This document shows positions 30,418 to 41,625 of a stretch of 64,000 bases of DNA, one piece after another. Within the stretch, counting starts at the first letter, position 1. Each line of letters opens with the position of its first letter. The position numbers were made by a program, and so were the translations under genes. Location: assembly GCA_027050205.1 (NCBI GenBank), contig JALUCS010000104.1, positions 1 through 64,000 of the forward strand. The letters run 5' to 3'. The notes beneath the pieces are model-generated. The model did not search any database. It worked only from the letters and a program-made list of their open reading frames with translations, and was not told the origin of the DNA. The DNA comes from a candidate division WOR-3 bacterium (GTDB lineage Bacteria > Hydrothermota > Hydrothermia > LBFQ01).

Positions 30418-31462
30418 CCTCTACCTCCACTCCTCCGGCTTCCTCTCCGTAGCGGCGGATACCCTCTTCTTCCACGTTGAGCCGGCCTACTTCTTCGGGA
30501 GATCCGGTCGGAGGGTGAAGCCCTTCTACTCCGATAAACTCCGCCTTGACTTCCGGAGCCTCTACGTACGGGGGGGTGCGGGTGCCATAACCTTTCGGGT
30601 GGGGCGGCTCCTCCCTTCGGATACGGGGAACCTCCTCCTGGACGCCCTGTCCGTCGGGTACGACGCCCTCTCCCTATCTTGGGCGGGGGAGGGTTGGGAG
30701 TACAGCACCACCTTTATGAAGCTCGCCGCCTGGACCTCCGACGGGGAATACTACTTCAACCCCGACGCCGTCTCCATAGTCAAAGGCCAGCGGATAGACA
30801 GGTACGCCGTCCTCCGCACTTTCAGGTACGGTCGCTTCTCCTTCTCCGAGGCCACCGTCCTATCCACCCTCTCCGGCCGCTTTCCGGACATTCGGGCCTT
30901 TAACCCCCTCCTCCCCGGATACCTCTACCAGTGGTTCTACGCCAGGGAGGTGAATATCCTGTGGGCGGTCTCCTACGACTTCGGGGGGGACGTCCTTAGG
31001 CTGGTGATAGACGACTTCCCCTACCTCCCCTCGTGGTTCTCCATAGTGCCGCCCACCGTGGGGGTAAGGCTCTCCGGGAGGCACGGCCCCGTCTCCTACG
31101 ACCTCCTATGGGTCTCCGCCTTCACCTACGCCAACAGGAGGCCATGGGACGCCCTCTACGAGGCCCCCTACTTCGGTGGGGACTACGCGGGCGCCTCCGT
31201 CAGTCTCTCTCCCACCTCCGGGAGGATTCGGCCCCTACTTGAGGTCGGGGTGTGGGGCAGGGGCAGGTACAACGGCACCTTCAAGGAACCGGAGATAGGG
31301 GAGTACCCCCCCTTCGCCTTCCTCCACTCCCCCGTAAGGTACGACGCCTACCTCTCCGTTGGCCTCCGGTACGGCAACCTTGAGGTTCAGGTGGGGTACG
31401 GCGGGAAACCCAACACCCTCACCTACCGCAGGCTCTTCCTCTACTTCTCCTCCCTACGGTAA
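30404..31462 (+). CDS. Hypothetical outer-membrane protein (capsule assembly Wzi-like)
   Basis: Beta-strand pattern; 'GR....GNLLL', 'SEA', 'NP' motifs reminiscent of Wzi. Confidence 0.45.
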   Translation: MGALSLYLHSSGFLSVAADTLFFHVEPAYFFGRSGRRVKPFYSDKLRLDFRSLYVRGGAGAITFRVGRLLPSDTGNLLLDALSVGYDALSLSWAGEGWEYSTTFMKLAAWTSDGEYYFNPDAVSIVKGQRIDRYAVLRTFRYGRFSFSEATVLSTLSGRFPDIRAFNPLLPGYLYQWFYAREVNILWAVSYDFGGDVLRLVIDDFPYLPSWFSIVPPTVGVRLSGRHGPVSYDLLWVSAFTYANRRPWDALYEAPYFGGDYAGASVSLSPTSGRIRPLLEVGVWGRGRYNGTFKEPEIGEYPPFAFLHSPVRYDAYLSVGLRYGNLEVQVGYGGKPNTLTYRRLFLYFSSLR

Positions 31463-31507
31463 ATCCTTACCTTCAAGGTCAGAATTCGCCCTTAGAATAC
31501 CCTCGCT

Positions 31508-31876
31508 ATGTCCGACAAGGAGAGGGAAGAGCTTCAGAAACTTGAGGAGATGCGTAAGAGGAACCTGACCAAGGAGGCCGTCGTTGGGGTTTTGAGGGAC
31601 ATATACGACCCAGAGATACCGGTCAATATCTGGGACCTCGGCCTTGTCTACGCCCTTGAGATAGACCCGGAGAAGAAGAGCATATACATCCTGATGACGG
31701 TGACGGCTCCGGGGTGTCCGGTCGCCGAACCTCTCCGTATGATGGTGGAGGACCGTTTGAGGGCCTTGGGATTTGAGGACGTCAAGGTGGAACTGACCTT
31801 TGATCCACCTTGGTCCATAGATAGGATGACGGAGGAGGGTAAGGAGATCCTTCGGGCGATGGGGTATCCGATATAG
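31508..31876 (+). CDS. SufT/PaaD (DUF59) Fe-S cluster assembly factor
   Basis: 'YDPEIPVNIWDLGLVY', 'MTVTAPGCP', 'FDPPW'. Confidence 0.92.
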   Translation: MSDKEREELQKLEEMRKRNLTKEAVVGVLRDIYDPEIPVNIWDLGLVYALEIDPEKKSIYILMTVTAPGCPVAEPLRMMVEDRLRALGFEDVKVELTFDPPWSIDRMTEEGKEILRAMGYPI

Positions 31877-32563
31877 AGCCTCCCCGAAGACGGGTGGGAA
31901 CTATGGACCTTTCCGAGGGTTTGGGTGCTTTGAGCGGTGGAAGGGAGGGGTGAGGTATCACTTTTGGAAAAAATTTTCACATTACTAGTCTCAATCCCGT
32001 AAATTATGGAAATTTTTGACTGACACCGCAGTATATGGCGAAGGCCACCCGTAATGCAGCAACCTCGCAGATTCAACTGCGACTTTGATCGGTGGATTTC
32101 TGTCAAAGGCCTACGTTAGGCAACGGACGGATGGTCCTGAATTCGGATTGCGCCCCGTTGTTTATGCCTTCCAAAATTCGTTAATAGGGATTGCAAAAAT
32201 TTTTAGATTTGATTGAAAATTCTTTGAAGTACGATTTTTGGTTTTTGACAAGGACAGACAAATTCTCGCATCCTTTCGCAAGTTCCCGTTTATACGGCAG
32301 CTCTCGGCGTTGGTAGAATCCTTCCCAAGTCCCAACTTCCGTGGGCGCGTTTGTGAATCTTAATCTGCTAATTTATGTATAATTTCAACAATATTATCAT
32401 AAATACAACCGAATACGACGAAAATTTTAAGGGATGTTGCACTATTTCAGACTCACGGCGAGTGAAATTAGGCGTAATATTGGGGCGGAATCTTCACCGG
32501 TTATGGGTGTCCTCCTTGGGTATTTTAGGGGGAGTAAAATTTCGTAATGCGGATTTAAGAATC

Positions 32564-32628
32564 TTAAAGCATAACTTACGATTTATTGAAGTACAGGTTT
32601 CAGTTTTTTGAAGTTCAAATTTTATCTT
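32564..32628 (+). repeat. 22-bp unit array (3 units)
   Basis: 32574-32614 matches 35532-35572 at 37/41 nt. Confidence 0.8.
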
Positions 32629-32938
32629 TTGAAACTTGGGTTCTAACGGATCGCTATCGGTATAACCACCAAATTTTCCGTTAATTTGTGCAAAATATCA
32701 ATTATCTCTTCGCAAAAATTATGGAATTATGGGGGAACGGAAATATACCTCTCCGAACTTACGGAGGTATAACCGGGGGTAAATCCTTGCTATATACGGG
32801 CCTTAGCCTTGGATCGTCCTAACTTCGGGCGATGGAGATACCACTCTCCTTTACGGGACGAAACCTTACCCCAACAAACGGGGTGTCCAAAATCCAACGT
32901 CCTTGGGGACGCCTCCCCACCCGGATAGGCCTGCGATA

Positions 32939-35296
32939 CTACTCCGTTATAACGACATCCACCACCCTGTCGTCTTTGGCCAGCTTTATGAGTTTCACGC
33001 CTCGCGCTTCCCTACCGTACTTGGGTATATCGTGGAGCTTTATGCGGTTTATCAAACCCTTAGCCGTCAGAATTATGGCCTCGCTCTCGTTCCCCGGATA
33101 GCGGAAGAGGGTTAGGAGGGTCCCGGTGGTCAGACGTACCCCCACCTTCTTACCCCTGTTCAGGACGGGTACCTCGTTGGCCTCCATCCTCTTGGCGTAC
33201 CCCTTCTCGGTTATGACTATCACCTCGTCCCCCTCGTCTATCGGTATGGCCACGAGAGGCTCACCCCTTAGGGCGTAGACGCCAAGGCTCTGGCGCCTGA
33301 AGACGGGTACGTCCTCCACCTTCATACGGTACCCCTTCCCCTCCTTTGAGGCCACTAAGATGTACCTCTCGTTGAGCCTTGGAAAGACGCTGACCACCCC
33401 CTCCTTGGATATGGACGTCCCCTTCCTTCCCCTTAGGACCTCGGAGAACTTGACCCGCTTTATGCGGCCGCTACCCGTGAGGACGACCAACTCGTACCTC
33501 TCCGGATCCTTGGGGATGGGGAAGGCCCAGACCACCTTCTCGTCCCGCTCGTAGTTCTTGAAGATGTTGCGGATGGACCTGCCGCGGGCCGCCGCCGACG
33601 TCTCCGGTATCTCGTAGGCCTTGGTCCAATAGACCGACCCCCTGTCCGTTATTACGATTATGTCGTCGTGGGTGGAGCATTTGACTATGGCGGCGGGGGA
33701 ATCGTCCTCGTAGAACTTTATGGCCGACTTACCTTGGGTGCGGCGGTTCATAGCCCGGAAGGACCTCAAGGGTAGCCTCTTGGCGTATCCGCCCTTGGTG
33801 AAGACGACGACGACGTCCTCCTCCTTTATGAGGGCCTCAATGTCAAAGTCCCCCACCTCCTGCTTCAGGACCACAGTACGGCGGCCGTCCCCGTACTTCT
33901 CCTTCACCTCAAGTAGCTCCCTCTTCATCAGGTTGAGGAGGACGCTCCTATCTCCGAGGATGGAGCGGTAGCGGGCTATCTTCTCCTCAAGCTCCGCCTT
34001 CTCCTCCTTCAGGCTCTCCATCTGGAGCCTCGTCAGGGAGGATAGCCGCATATCAAGGATGCTCTGGGCCTGGAGGGGGGTAAAGCCCATGGCCATCAAC
34101 CCCTCCTTGGCGACATTAGGGTTCTCCGCCTCCCGGATGGTCTTTATGACCCTGTCCATAACGTCTATGGCCTTGAGGAGACCGTCCACTATCTCCAACC
34201 GATGGGAGGCCTTGGCCAGCCTGTACTCCGTCCGCCTCCGTATCACCTCCTCCCTATGCTTCAGGTAGATCAGGAGGGCTTCCTTGAGTGAGAGGAGCCG
34301 AGGCTGGACCCCGACGAGGGCGAGCATGTTTATGGCGTACGTCCTCTGGAGATTGGAGTACTTGAGGAGCTGGTTCTCCACCACCTTAGGGTCCGCTCCC
34401 CTCTTCAACTCAATTACGACCCTTATACCCTCCTTGTCGCTCTCGTCCCTTAGGTCGCTTATACCCTCAACCTTCCCCGCCTTAACCAGCTCGGCTATCT
34501 GCCTTATCAGGTCCGCCTTCTTAACCTCGTAGGGTATCTCGGTTATCACTATACGGTGGTTCTCAACCCTGTACTTCCCCCGGATGGTTATCTTACCCTG
34601 GCCGGTCAGGTAGGCCTTCTTGAGGCCCTCGTACCCCAGGACGTAGCCACCGGTGGGGAAGTCCGGACCCTTTACGATGTCCAGAAGGGCCTCGTCGGGG
34701 AGGTCGGGGTTGTCTATGAGGGCGACGGCGGCGTCTATGACCTCCCGGAGGTTGTGGGGGGGGATGTTGGTGGCCATACCTACGGCTATGCCCGTGGTGC
34801 CGTTGGCGAGGAGGTGGGGGAAGCGGGAGGCCATTATGACCGGCTCCTGATACTGGCCGTCAAAGTTGGGTACGAAGTCCACCGTGTCCTCGTCTATCTC
34901 CCCTATCACCTCAAGGGCTATGGGCTTCAGGCGGGCCTCCGTATAACGGTAGGCGGAGGGGGGGTCGCCGTCTATGGAGCCGAAGTTCCCCTGACCGTCT
35001 ATGAGGGGGTAGCGGAGGGAGAAGTCCTGGGCCATCCTTACGAGGGCGTCGTAGACGGCCTGATCCCCGTGGGGGTGGTACTTACCTATGACCTCACCGA
35101 CGACTGTAGCCGACTTACGGAAGGGTCGGTTGGGGAGGAGGTTTAACCTCTTCATAGCGTAGAGGATGCGCCTCTGTACGGGCTTCAGGCCGTCGCGGGC
35201 GTCGGGTATCGCCCTACCTACGATAACGCTGACGGCGTAGTCAAGGTAGCTCTCCTTAAGCTCTTTTTCAAGCGGAACCTCAAAAACTTTGCCCAT
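32939..35296 (-). CDS. gyrA: DNA gyrase/type IIA topoisomerase subunit A
   Basis: 'DGLKPVQRR', 'YHPHGD', 'GNFGS', 'RYTEARL', C-terminal beta-pinwheel repeats. Confidence 0.93.
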   Translation of the reverse strand: MGKVFEVPLEKELKESYLDYAVSVIVGRAIPDARDGLKPVQRRILYAMKRLNLLPNRPFRKSATVVGEVIGKYHPHGDQAVYDALVRMAQDFSLRYPLIDGQGNFGSIDGDPPSAYRYTEARLKPIALEVIGEIDEDTVDFVPNFDGQYQEPVIMASRFPHLLANGTTGIAVGMATNIPPHNLREVIDAAVALIDNPDLPDEALLDIVKGPDFPTGGYVLGYEGLKKAYLTGQGKITIRGKYRVENHRIVITEIPYEVKKADLIRQIAELVKAGKVEGISDLRDESDKEGIRVVIELKRGADPKVVENQLLKYSNLQRTYAINMLALVGVQPRLLSLKEALLIYLKHREEVIRRRTEYRLAKASHRLEIVDGLLKAIDVMDRVIKTIREAENPNVAKEGLMAMGFTPLQAQSILDMRLSSLTRLQMESLKEEKAELEEKIARYRSILGDRSVLLNLMKRELLEVKEKYGDGRRTVVLKQEVGDFDIEALIKEEDVVVVFTKGGYAKRLPLRSFRAMNRRTQGKSAIKFYEDDSPAAIVKCSTHDDIIVITDRGSVYWTKAYEIPETSAAARGRSIRNIFKNYERDEKVVWAFPIPKDPERYELVVLTGSGRIKRVKFSEVLRGRKGTSISKEGVVSVFPRLNERYILVASKEGKGYRMKVEDVPVFRRQSLGVYALRGEPLVAIPIDEGDEVIVITEKGYAKRMEANEVPVLNRGKKVGVRLTTGTLLTLFRYPGNESEAIILTAKGLINRIKLHDIPKYGREARGVKLIKLAKDDRVVDVVITE

Positions 35297-35521
35297 TTGA
35301 GGGGGCTATTATACTGGTGAATCGGCATAGATACAACCGTAGGGGCCTTACGTCCAAACCAAACAGAGGCCAATACGTCGGAGAGTGTAAGTGAAACAAA
35401 AGTGTGGATAAGACCGTTGGGAAACTTTGGAGGTGGAAACAATGACACTTTTCAATTCGGGCGTTGAGTATTCGGTTGATGGAATGGCCTCCGGCCTAAT
35501 GGCCCAGTAATTTTAAAATTT

Positions 35522-35587
35522 TGCAATTACGACTTACGATTTATTGAAGTGTAGGTTTTAATTTTTTGAAGTCTGACTTACGATTTT
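35522..35587 (+). repeat. 22-bp unit array (3 units)
   Basis: tgcaattacgacttacgattta / ttgaagtgtaggttttaatttt / ttgaagtctgacttacgatttt. Confidence 0.8.
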
Positions 35588-35597
35588 TGAGGGGAAC

Positions 35598-35780
35598 GGG
35601 GTATTCGGCGGATGGGGGAATGCGTCCTCCGGGAACTTGGATTGCCGATGACCGTCAATTCCCTGAAAGTGGGCCGTGGGGGACATTGAGCCGATATAGG
35701 GATACCTATTCACCGTCCCGCATAGGTTGTGGTTCTATAGGGCTTCCGAACTTTGGTGGGACAAGAAAGGGGACAAGATA
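35598..35780 (+). repeat. ~180-bp dispersed intergenic repeat, copy B
   Basis: Exact 18-mer at 35711-35728; partial copies near 21875-21940 and 57722. Confidence 0.85.
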
Positions 35781-35988
35781 TAAAAGTTCTTCACAAAAAT
35801 GGTTAGAATATGTAGTCGTGTTATTAAATCTTCAGAAATTCTGTGTTAAATTCCGATAAATTCCGATCGTCTGATGAGGCTATAAAACAATGACCATCCT
35901 ATCAGCAGAATCCCGGATTTCCACGACCCCCTAAGGATCAACGGATGAGTTCGGATGGAGCGGCATCCTATCGGCGTAATATCCAAAA

Positions 35989-36054
35989 TTGAAATGCGAC
36001 TATCAGTTTATTGAAGTGCGATTGCGGGTTTCCTAAAGCCTGACCTACATTTTT
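35989..36054 (+). repeat. 22-bp unit array (3 units)
   Basis: ttgaaatgcgactatcagttta / ttgaagtgcgattgcgggtttc / ctaaagcctgacctacattttt. Confidence 0.7.
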
Positions 36055-36497
36055 GAAAGGACGGCGAGCCTCCCACCCTGGTCTGATGCAACCGCAAACC
36101 CCGTTAAGGCTGGGGATTTCGGCGTTGTTAGGGTTCCTTGTTTGCGGAATTTTTAATATAAATTTGTGCAAAATTTCTGTTATTATTTCAAAAAATGTCG
36201 GAATTATGGGGAACACTGACATACATCCCACAACGCCATATCGGGCCTGATGGGAAATAGGTACCTCCGTTTGGATCGTTTTTCTGAAGTCGGACTTACG
36301 GTTCGTTGTTTCGGGCTAGGGATGGGATGTTGTCCCATCGGTGGAATGTCCGTATGACGAAGAAGACGGCCGATTTTATGGATACGATGATTAGAGAGTT
36401 CTGGCCTGTGTCCTACCGTATTAAGGTAGTTGGAGAATATGCGGGTAGCGATTCTCCGAATCTCCCGTCCCTACCCCTCCACCAGTAGAATACCCCC

Positions 36498-37583
36498 TTG
36501 AGGATAGTACTCGTAGCCGGAGCCAGACCTAACTTCGTGAAGTTATCCCCCCTCTTCTACGCCTTAAGGGAGGCGGGGGAGCAACCTATCGTTGTCCATA
36601 CCGGCCAGCACTACGATTACGAGCTTTCACAGGCCTTCTTTGAGGACTTCGCCCTTCCGGAACCGGACTTCTACTTCGGCGTAGGCTCCGATACCAACCT
36701 GAAGCAGATATCCAAGATAATAGCGAAGGCGGAGGACGTCCTGAAGGAACTTTCGCCGACCGTAGTTGTGGTCTTCGGGGACGTGAACTCCACCCTCGCC
36801 CTCGCTGTGGCCAGTAAGCACCTCCTGATTCCCCTCGCTCACGTTGAGGCGGGTCTGCGGAGTAGGGACTGGAGCATGCCGGAGGAGATAAACCGCATAA
36901 CGACCGACGCCCTTTCGGACCTCCTCTTCTCCCCATCCTACGACGCTACGGAGAACCTCCTGAAGGAGGGGAAAGACCCCGCCAAGGTTTTCACCGTCGG
37001 CAACATAATGATAGACAGCCTGGTACGTATCCGACCGGTGGCCGAAAGGTTGGAGTACTGGCGGGAGTTGGGTTTAGAGAGGGGGAGGTACGTACTGGCG
37101 ACTCTCCATCGTCCGGTCAACGTGGACGACCCGAAGCGGCTTAGGAGGATAATAGACGCCCTCAACTCTCTCCATCGCAGGTATCCGGTCGTCTTCCCCG
37201 TCCACCCCAGAACGCGCAAGAACATGGAGAGGTGGGGCATAGAGGCCGAATTTCTGGCCCTGAAACCCCTCCGCTACACCCACTTCCTTTCCCTGATGAT
37301 GGGGAGCGGCCTCGTCATAACCGACTCCGGGGGCGTACAGGAGGAGACGAGTTTCCTCGGAATCCCCTGCATAACCCTTAGGCCGAATACGGAGAGGCCA
37401 ATAACCATCACTTTGGGGACGAACGAGCTGGTGAAGGAGCCGGAGGACCTCTTTGAGGCCGCAGAGAGGAAGTTCGGTCGTTTTAAGAAAACGGAGATAC
37501 CCCTGTGGGACGGCAGGACGGCCCAAAGGATAACGAGGGTCCTGTTAAGGGAATTTACCAAAGACGGTGGTGCGACCGTATAA
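36498..37583 (+). CDS. wecB: UDP-N-acetylglucosamine 2-epimerase (non-hydrolysing)
   Basis: 'GARPNF', 'HTGQHY', 'HVEAGLRS', 'PEEINR', 'TDSGG.QEE'. Confidence 0.95.
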   Translation: MRIVLVAGARPNFVKLSPLFYALREAGEQPIVVHTGQHYDYELSQAFFEDFALPEPDFYFGVGSDTNLKQISKIIAKAEDVLKELSPTVVVVFGDVNSTLALAVASKHLLIPLAHVEAGLRSRDWSMPEEINRITTDALSDLLFSPSYDATENLLKEGKDPAKVFTVGNIMIDSLVRIRPVAERLEYWRELGLERGRYVLATLHRPVNVDDPKRLRRIIDALNSLHRRYPVVFPVHPRTRKNMERWGIEAEFLALKPLRYTHFLSLMMGSGLVITDSGGVQEETSFLGIPCITLRPNTERPITITLGTNELVKEPEDLFEAAERKFGRFKKTEIPLWDGRTAQRITRVLLREFTKDGGATV

Positions 37584-37596
37584 TACCCAATAGAAA

Positions 37597-38115
37597 ATGG
37601 CCCCTCTCTTAGCCCTTCACCTTAGCCCGGCAACTTATCTCCCCCGCTGGACATGGCTGGAGGAGACGCACCAGTTCGGTTTAGAGGGGGGCGTAAGGCG
37701 GGGGGCGTTCGCCATAGCCGTCGCCTACGGGGGTATGTACCTCCGGGAGAACGCAACGGCACCGGAGGAGGCCCTCACCACTTCCTCCTACTACCGCCTC
37801 TACAACCTCACCCTCTACCGGGAATTCGGGGACCTCTCCCCCTTCCTCTCCTTGAGCCTCGCCAAACCGGTGATTATGGGGGTAAGGGATAGGGAGGTAG
37901 ATGGATTCAACTCCTCCCTGCGGGGGGTGTCCCCCGGCCTTAGGGCGGGCGTGTCCTACGTCTGGAGGTACCGCATACTCTCTATTGCCCCGACCGTAGG
38001 TATGGCCTACTACCCGTCCCTATCGGTCTATAGGGAGGTGGATGGGGCCATAAGTCCGAAGGGTGAGGTTAGGGTCCTCCGGGCGATGGCCTACATTAAG
38101 TTTGGCCCTGGGTAG
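37597..38115 (+). CDS. Hypothetical beta-barrel-like protein
   Basis: Amphipathic strands; 'AYYP' motif shared with neighbours. Confidence 0.5.
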   Translation: MAPLLALHLSPATYLPRWTWLEETHQFGLEGGVRRGAFAIAVAYGGMYLRENATAPEEALTTSSYYRLYNLTLYREFGDLSPFLSLSLAKPVIMGVRDREVDGFNSSLRGVSPGLRAGVSYVWRYRILSIAPTVGMAYYPSLSVYREVDGAISPKGEVRVLRAMAYIKFGPG

Positions 38116-38158
38116 GTGAGACTATGACGTGGGCAATATTTTTGAAAGGAGGTGAAGC

Positions 38159-38602
38159 ATGCTCGTAGGGGCCTCCGTTTTCCTGCCCTTTTTGGCCTCC
38201 TATCCGAAGTATGGGGAGGTGAAGACCTTCCACGATGAGACGCCGGAGATAAGCCTGTATCTGGGGTTCAGCCCCCACACGATGGTGGCCGGATGGAGGA
38301 GGATGGGGAGGTTAAACAGGTCCCTTTACGTCCTCAAGTACGTACGCTACACCGGGAACTTAGGCGTAGGAGGAGGGCTGGTGGCGGAGACCAACCTTAA
38401 CTTCTTCGGTTTTGATGCCACCCTGTCCTACAGGGGAAGGACCTCCTTTTTGCAGGTCTCACCGAGGTTGAGCCTTACCTACTTCCCCACCGTCAAGTAC
38501 CCCGGATACGTAAAGCCCGTGGACCGCATCGTCGGGAACTTCCTCACCCTCACCTTCGGCGTCGGCCTGGGGATAGCAGCCAAGGTGGAGGTGGCAAGAT
38601 GA
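38159..38602 (+). CDS. Hypothetical beta-barrel-like protein
   Basis: SD GGAGGT; 'TYFP'; C-terminal 'FGVGLG'. Confidence 0.5.
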   Translation: MLVGASVFLPFLASYPKYGEVKTFHDETPEISLYLGFSPHTMVAGWRRMGRLNRSLYVLKYVRYTGNLGVGGGLVAETNLNFFGFDATLSYRGRTSFLQVSPRLSLTYFPTVKYPGYVKPVDRIVGNFLTLTFGVGLGIAAKVEVAR

Positions 38603-39561
38603 TAGTGGGCCTCGGACTTCACCTGAACCCGTTTGTGGGCTACGGAAAAGGCGTCCTTGAGAGGACACCCTACTACGTGAGCAGTGCGGACGTGTCCCTG
38701 TACGGGGAATGGGGGACCTTAACCCTCCGGTACGGCCGCTTCCTTGAGGGGCCGTCCCCCACGGCGGAGGCCTGCTTCTCCACCGGTATAAGGTACCTAT
38801 CCGCCTCGTACGGTAGGGAGATGGGGAGGCTGCTCCCCTTCGTCGGCCTCATATACGGGCAGACGACCATGGAATGCACCCCCGAAGCCCTCTCCTCTAT
38901 GTCCTACTACGGCCAAGGTACCATAGACGCCTTCAACGGGAACGAGGGCAGGACCTCCATCTTCGGCGGAGGTCTGGGGGCGGTTTTGAGGTTGGGAGAC
39001 CTCGGCCCCCTCTCCTTCTCCCTCGTGGGGCGCGTGGCCTACTATCCGAAGGTGCCGGTCTACCGGATGGACCTCTACGAGGCCGAAGACGGTTTGAGGG
39101 GGACGATAAGGCACCACGAGGACAGGACGAACGTCGTAAAGACCTCCCTGTCCCTGCGGGCATCGGAGACCTTCAGGGTGGAAGGCTCCCGTCCTTCCGG
39201 GGTAAGAATGAGGCTCTTTGCGGGGGGAATGCTCTCCCCCTACGACCGGTTCAGGGGAGGGTACTTCGGCGTTGATATGGGGAGGATCACCCTTGTGAGC
39301 GTATTCGGGACGGCGAGACTACCCGGATACACCCTCGTAGGTGAGACCTACGCCCTCTACGACCTCCGCTGGTTCTCCGCCGGCGTGGGCATAGGGAAGT
39401 GGGGCGACGACGGTACCTCCCTCTCCCTCGTTGGGAGGAAGGTCTTGAGATGGAGGTTTCTTGAGGTGGGGGCAATAGGGGGCCTCAGGTATCCACCCGG
39501 CAGCCGCAGGGTAGAGCCGGTGTTGGAGGTGGGAGTGGGCTTCGGAATAGGAGGGGATTAA
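38599..39561 (+). CDS. Hypothetical outer-membrane beta-barrel-like protein
   Basis: 'LHLNP' and 'AYYP' shared with 37597; C-terminal 'VGVGFG'. Confidence 0.5.
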   Translation: MIVGLGLHLNPFVGYGKGVLERTPYYVSSADVSLYGEWGTLTLRYGRFLEGPSPTAEACFSTGIRYLSASYGREMGRLLPFVGLIYGQTTMECTPEALSSMSYYGQGTIDAFNGNEGRTSIFGGGLGAVLRLGDLGPLSFSLVGRVAYYPKVPVYRMDLYEAEDGLRGTIRHHEDRTNVVKTSLSLRASETFRVEGSRPSGVRMRLFAGGMLSPYDRFRGGYFGVDMGRITLVSVFGTARLPGYTLVGETYALYDLRWFSAGVGIGKWGDDGTSLSLVGRKVLRWRFLEVGAIGGLRYPPGSRRVEPVLEVGVGFGIGGD

Positions 39562-40718
39562 CGTCCGATGTATCTGGTCCCGCACCCCAATATCACCCTC
39601 CCCCGTTTAGGTGTGGTCTTCCTCCCGGCCTCATCGTAGTATCTACAGGGGACTTTGGAGGTGTCCGAACGTTCAAGCTTGGAGTTGTCGTCCAGCCTTA
39701 AGAGGGCGACGGAGGGTCTGCCGGAGATATCCGTAGTGTGGGCTATGTAGAGTTCCCCGTTGTACAGGGCCGCCACCGGATAGTAGAAGTTTCCGGTAGG
39801 CGGGAGGTAGTCGTCCAGCGGAAAGTCGCTCCAGAGGTTCAGGTCTTCCGTTTGGAACATCCTTAGCCTGAAACGACCCGTGGAGTTGTCCGACCATATG
39901 ACGTACGTTGGTATCCCTGCAACCACATCCACGTTGGTGACCCTGCCCACGTTCTCCGCCAACTTGCTACAGGAGAATCGGAGGGAAGTATCGGATACGC
40001 ATACGACCACACTCCGGTTTTCCTTTGGCCCCGACACCCCGGCCACGACCACCCTACCCCCTACGAACCCTATGTCGTAGGGCGCCCCCGACGATAGGAC
40101 CTCGCCGTAATGCCACCTTGTGCCGTCGTACCTTAGGACGTACCCTCCGCCCTCCAAGTCCCACGCTGCCGCCAGGATATACATATCCCCATTCGGGGCC
40201 TTGAAGATTGGGGAGTTGTGGGCGATGTAAGGGGTGCGGACGACCCCGATTGAGAAGTTTGGGAGGCCGATGGGGAGTCTGTAGAACTGTATCTCCGGCC
40301 CCGATATCTCATAAACGAAGGTCAGGTACAGGGTATCATCCGAGAGGAGGAGGGCAGGCTCGTCCTCTTTGAATTCGCTGGAATCTACGACCAGAACGGT
40401 GTTCCAGGTCCCCCCGCCGTCGTAGGAGACGTTGACCGTGATGGCCGAATCGCCGAAGTGGTAGTACCCCACGTATAGGGTATCCCCGTAGCAGGCTATA
40501 CTGCTCTCGGAACCGTGGCTGTCCCCAGCGATTGAGAGGGTGTCGTCGGTAATATTCCACAGGTAGAGCCTCCTCTCCGGACACCCGCCGTGGTAGAGGA
40601 GGTACAACTTCCCGTTGCAGGTGAGGAGGGTCCTCGGTTGATAGTCGCTCTCAAAGGGTCCGAAACCGTCGGCGTATGTGGAGGTGTAGTTGCACGCTCC
40701 GAACACGAGGTAGAGCAT
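39558..40718 (-). CDS. Exported BNR/Asp-box beta-propeller protein
   Basis: Asp-box 'SYDGGGTW'; short 'YYDEAGRK' tail; TAAAAT 9 nt upstream. Confidence 0.6.
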   Translation of the reverse strand: MLYLVFGACNYTSTYADGFGPFESDYQPRTLLTCNGKLYLLYHGGCPERRLYLWNITDDTLSIAGDSHGSESSIACYGDTLYVGYYHFGDSAITVNVSYDGGGTWNTVLVVDSSEFKEDEPALLLSDDTLYLTFVYEISGPEIQFYRLPIGLPNFSIGVVRTPYIAHNSPIFKAPNGDMYILAAAWDLEGGGYVLRYDGTRWHYGEVLSSGAPYDIGFVGGRVVVAGVSGPKENRSVVVCVSDTSLRFSCSKLAENVGRVTNVDVVAGIPTYVIWSDNSTGRFRLRMFQTEDLNLWSDFPLDDYLPPTGNFYYPVAALYNGELYIAHTTDISGRPSVALLRLDDNSKLERSDTSKVPCRYYDEAGRKTTPKRGRVILGCGTRYIGR

Positions 40719-41625
40719 AAGTTTAGAATTTTAACGGATGGTAATTCGTTGGGTGTGCGGTACCCAACGGAGATCGCCTGCAGGTTTTCCTATGACTTTA
40801 CAGACGCTACCGATTCCAATTCATAAATCTGCCCTCTGAATTCCGAAAGTTAAAATCTCCGCCATAAATTACCAAAATCCCCTTACCGGGATACGACGCT
40901 TACAGACTAAGTCTCCGACTCCTACGGGGTGGTACGACGGACCGTCTGTAGATTTGAACGGATTGCACTAGTGAGGTGGTATTCGGGTTTCTGGGTAATT
41001 GAAGGTCCCCTTTACGGGAGGCGGACCTACGCCAACGCATTGGAGGGGACGAATATTTCCCCATCTCAAGAAAGTGTTTATGATTTTGTGAAATGGATTC
41101 AAAATTTCAAGAGATTGCTGGCAAACCTTCGCCGTCTAGGACGGACCGCCCAATGCCGTTCAAAATTTGTTGAGATGCGAGCGTAAGCTTCCTGACGTTC
41201 AAATTTCTGCTTTGAAGGTGTATTGTCTTAATTGGGGTGAGGAATTCTACCAATAAAATGCCGATTACTCTACAGCCTCATCAAACGGATGGAAAATGGT
41301 GTCAGGGAACTATACCCTATGCGAACTTGGACGGCGGGTAGGTATCCTCTCAACCATGTGAATGCGACGTCAGATAGTCTATCCCCTACCGGTGTCATTT
41401 TGTGTAGTAAATTTTAGGTTTTAACCGAAGTTTTATACATTTTTACTAATTGCCACAAAATATGCGAGAAATAGTGTATCCTGCCCGTATTTAGGCGTCG
41501 CTGGACGACCCCGAAGAAATTCTCCGGACAAGGGCCGAAGCACGCGGTCATAGGGATTAATAAGGGATTAGTAAGGCCCAGCGAGGGGTATCGGTACGCC
41601 CCCGGTACTATCCGACCCCCATCCG

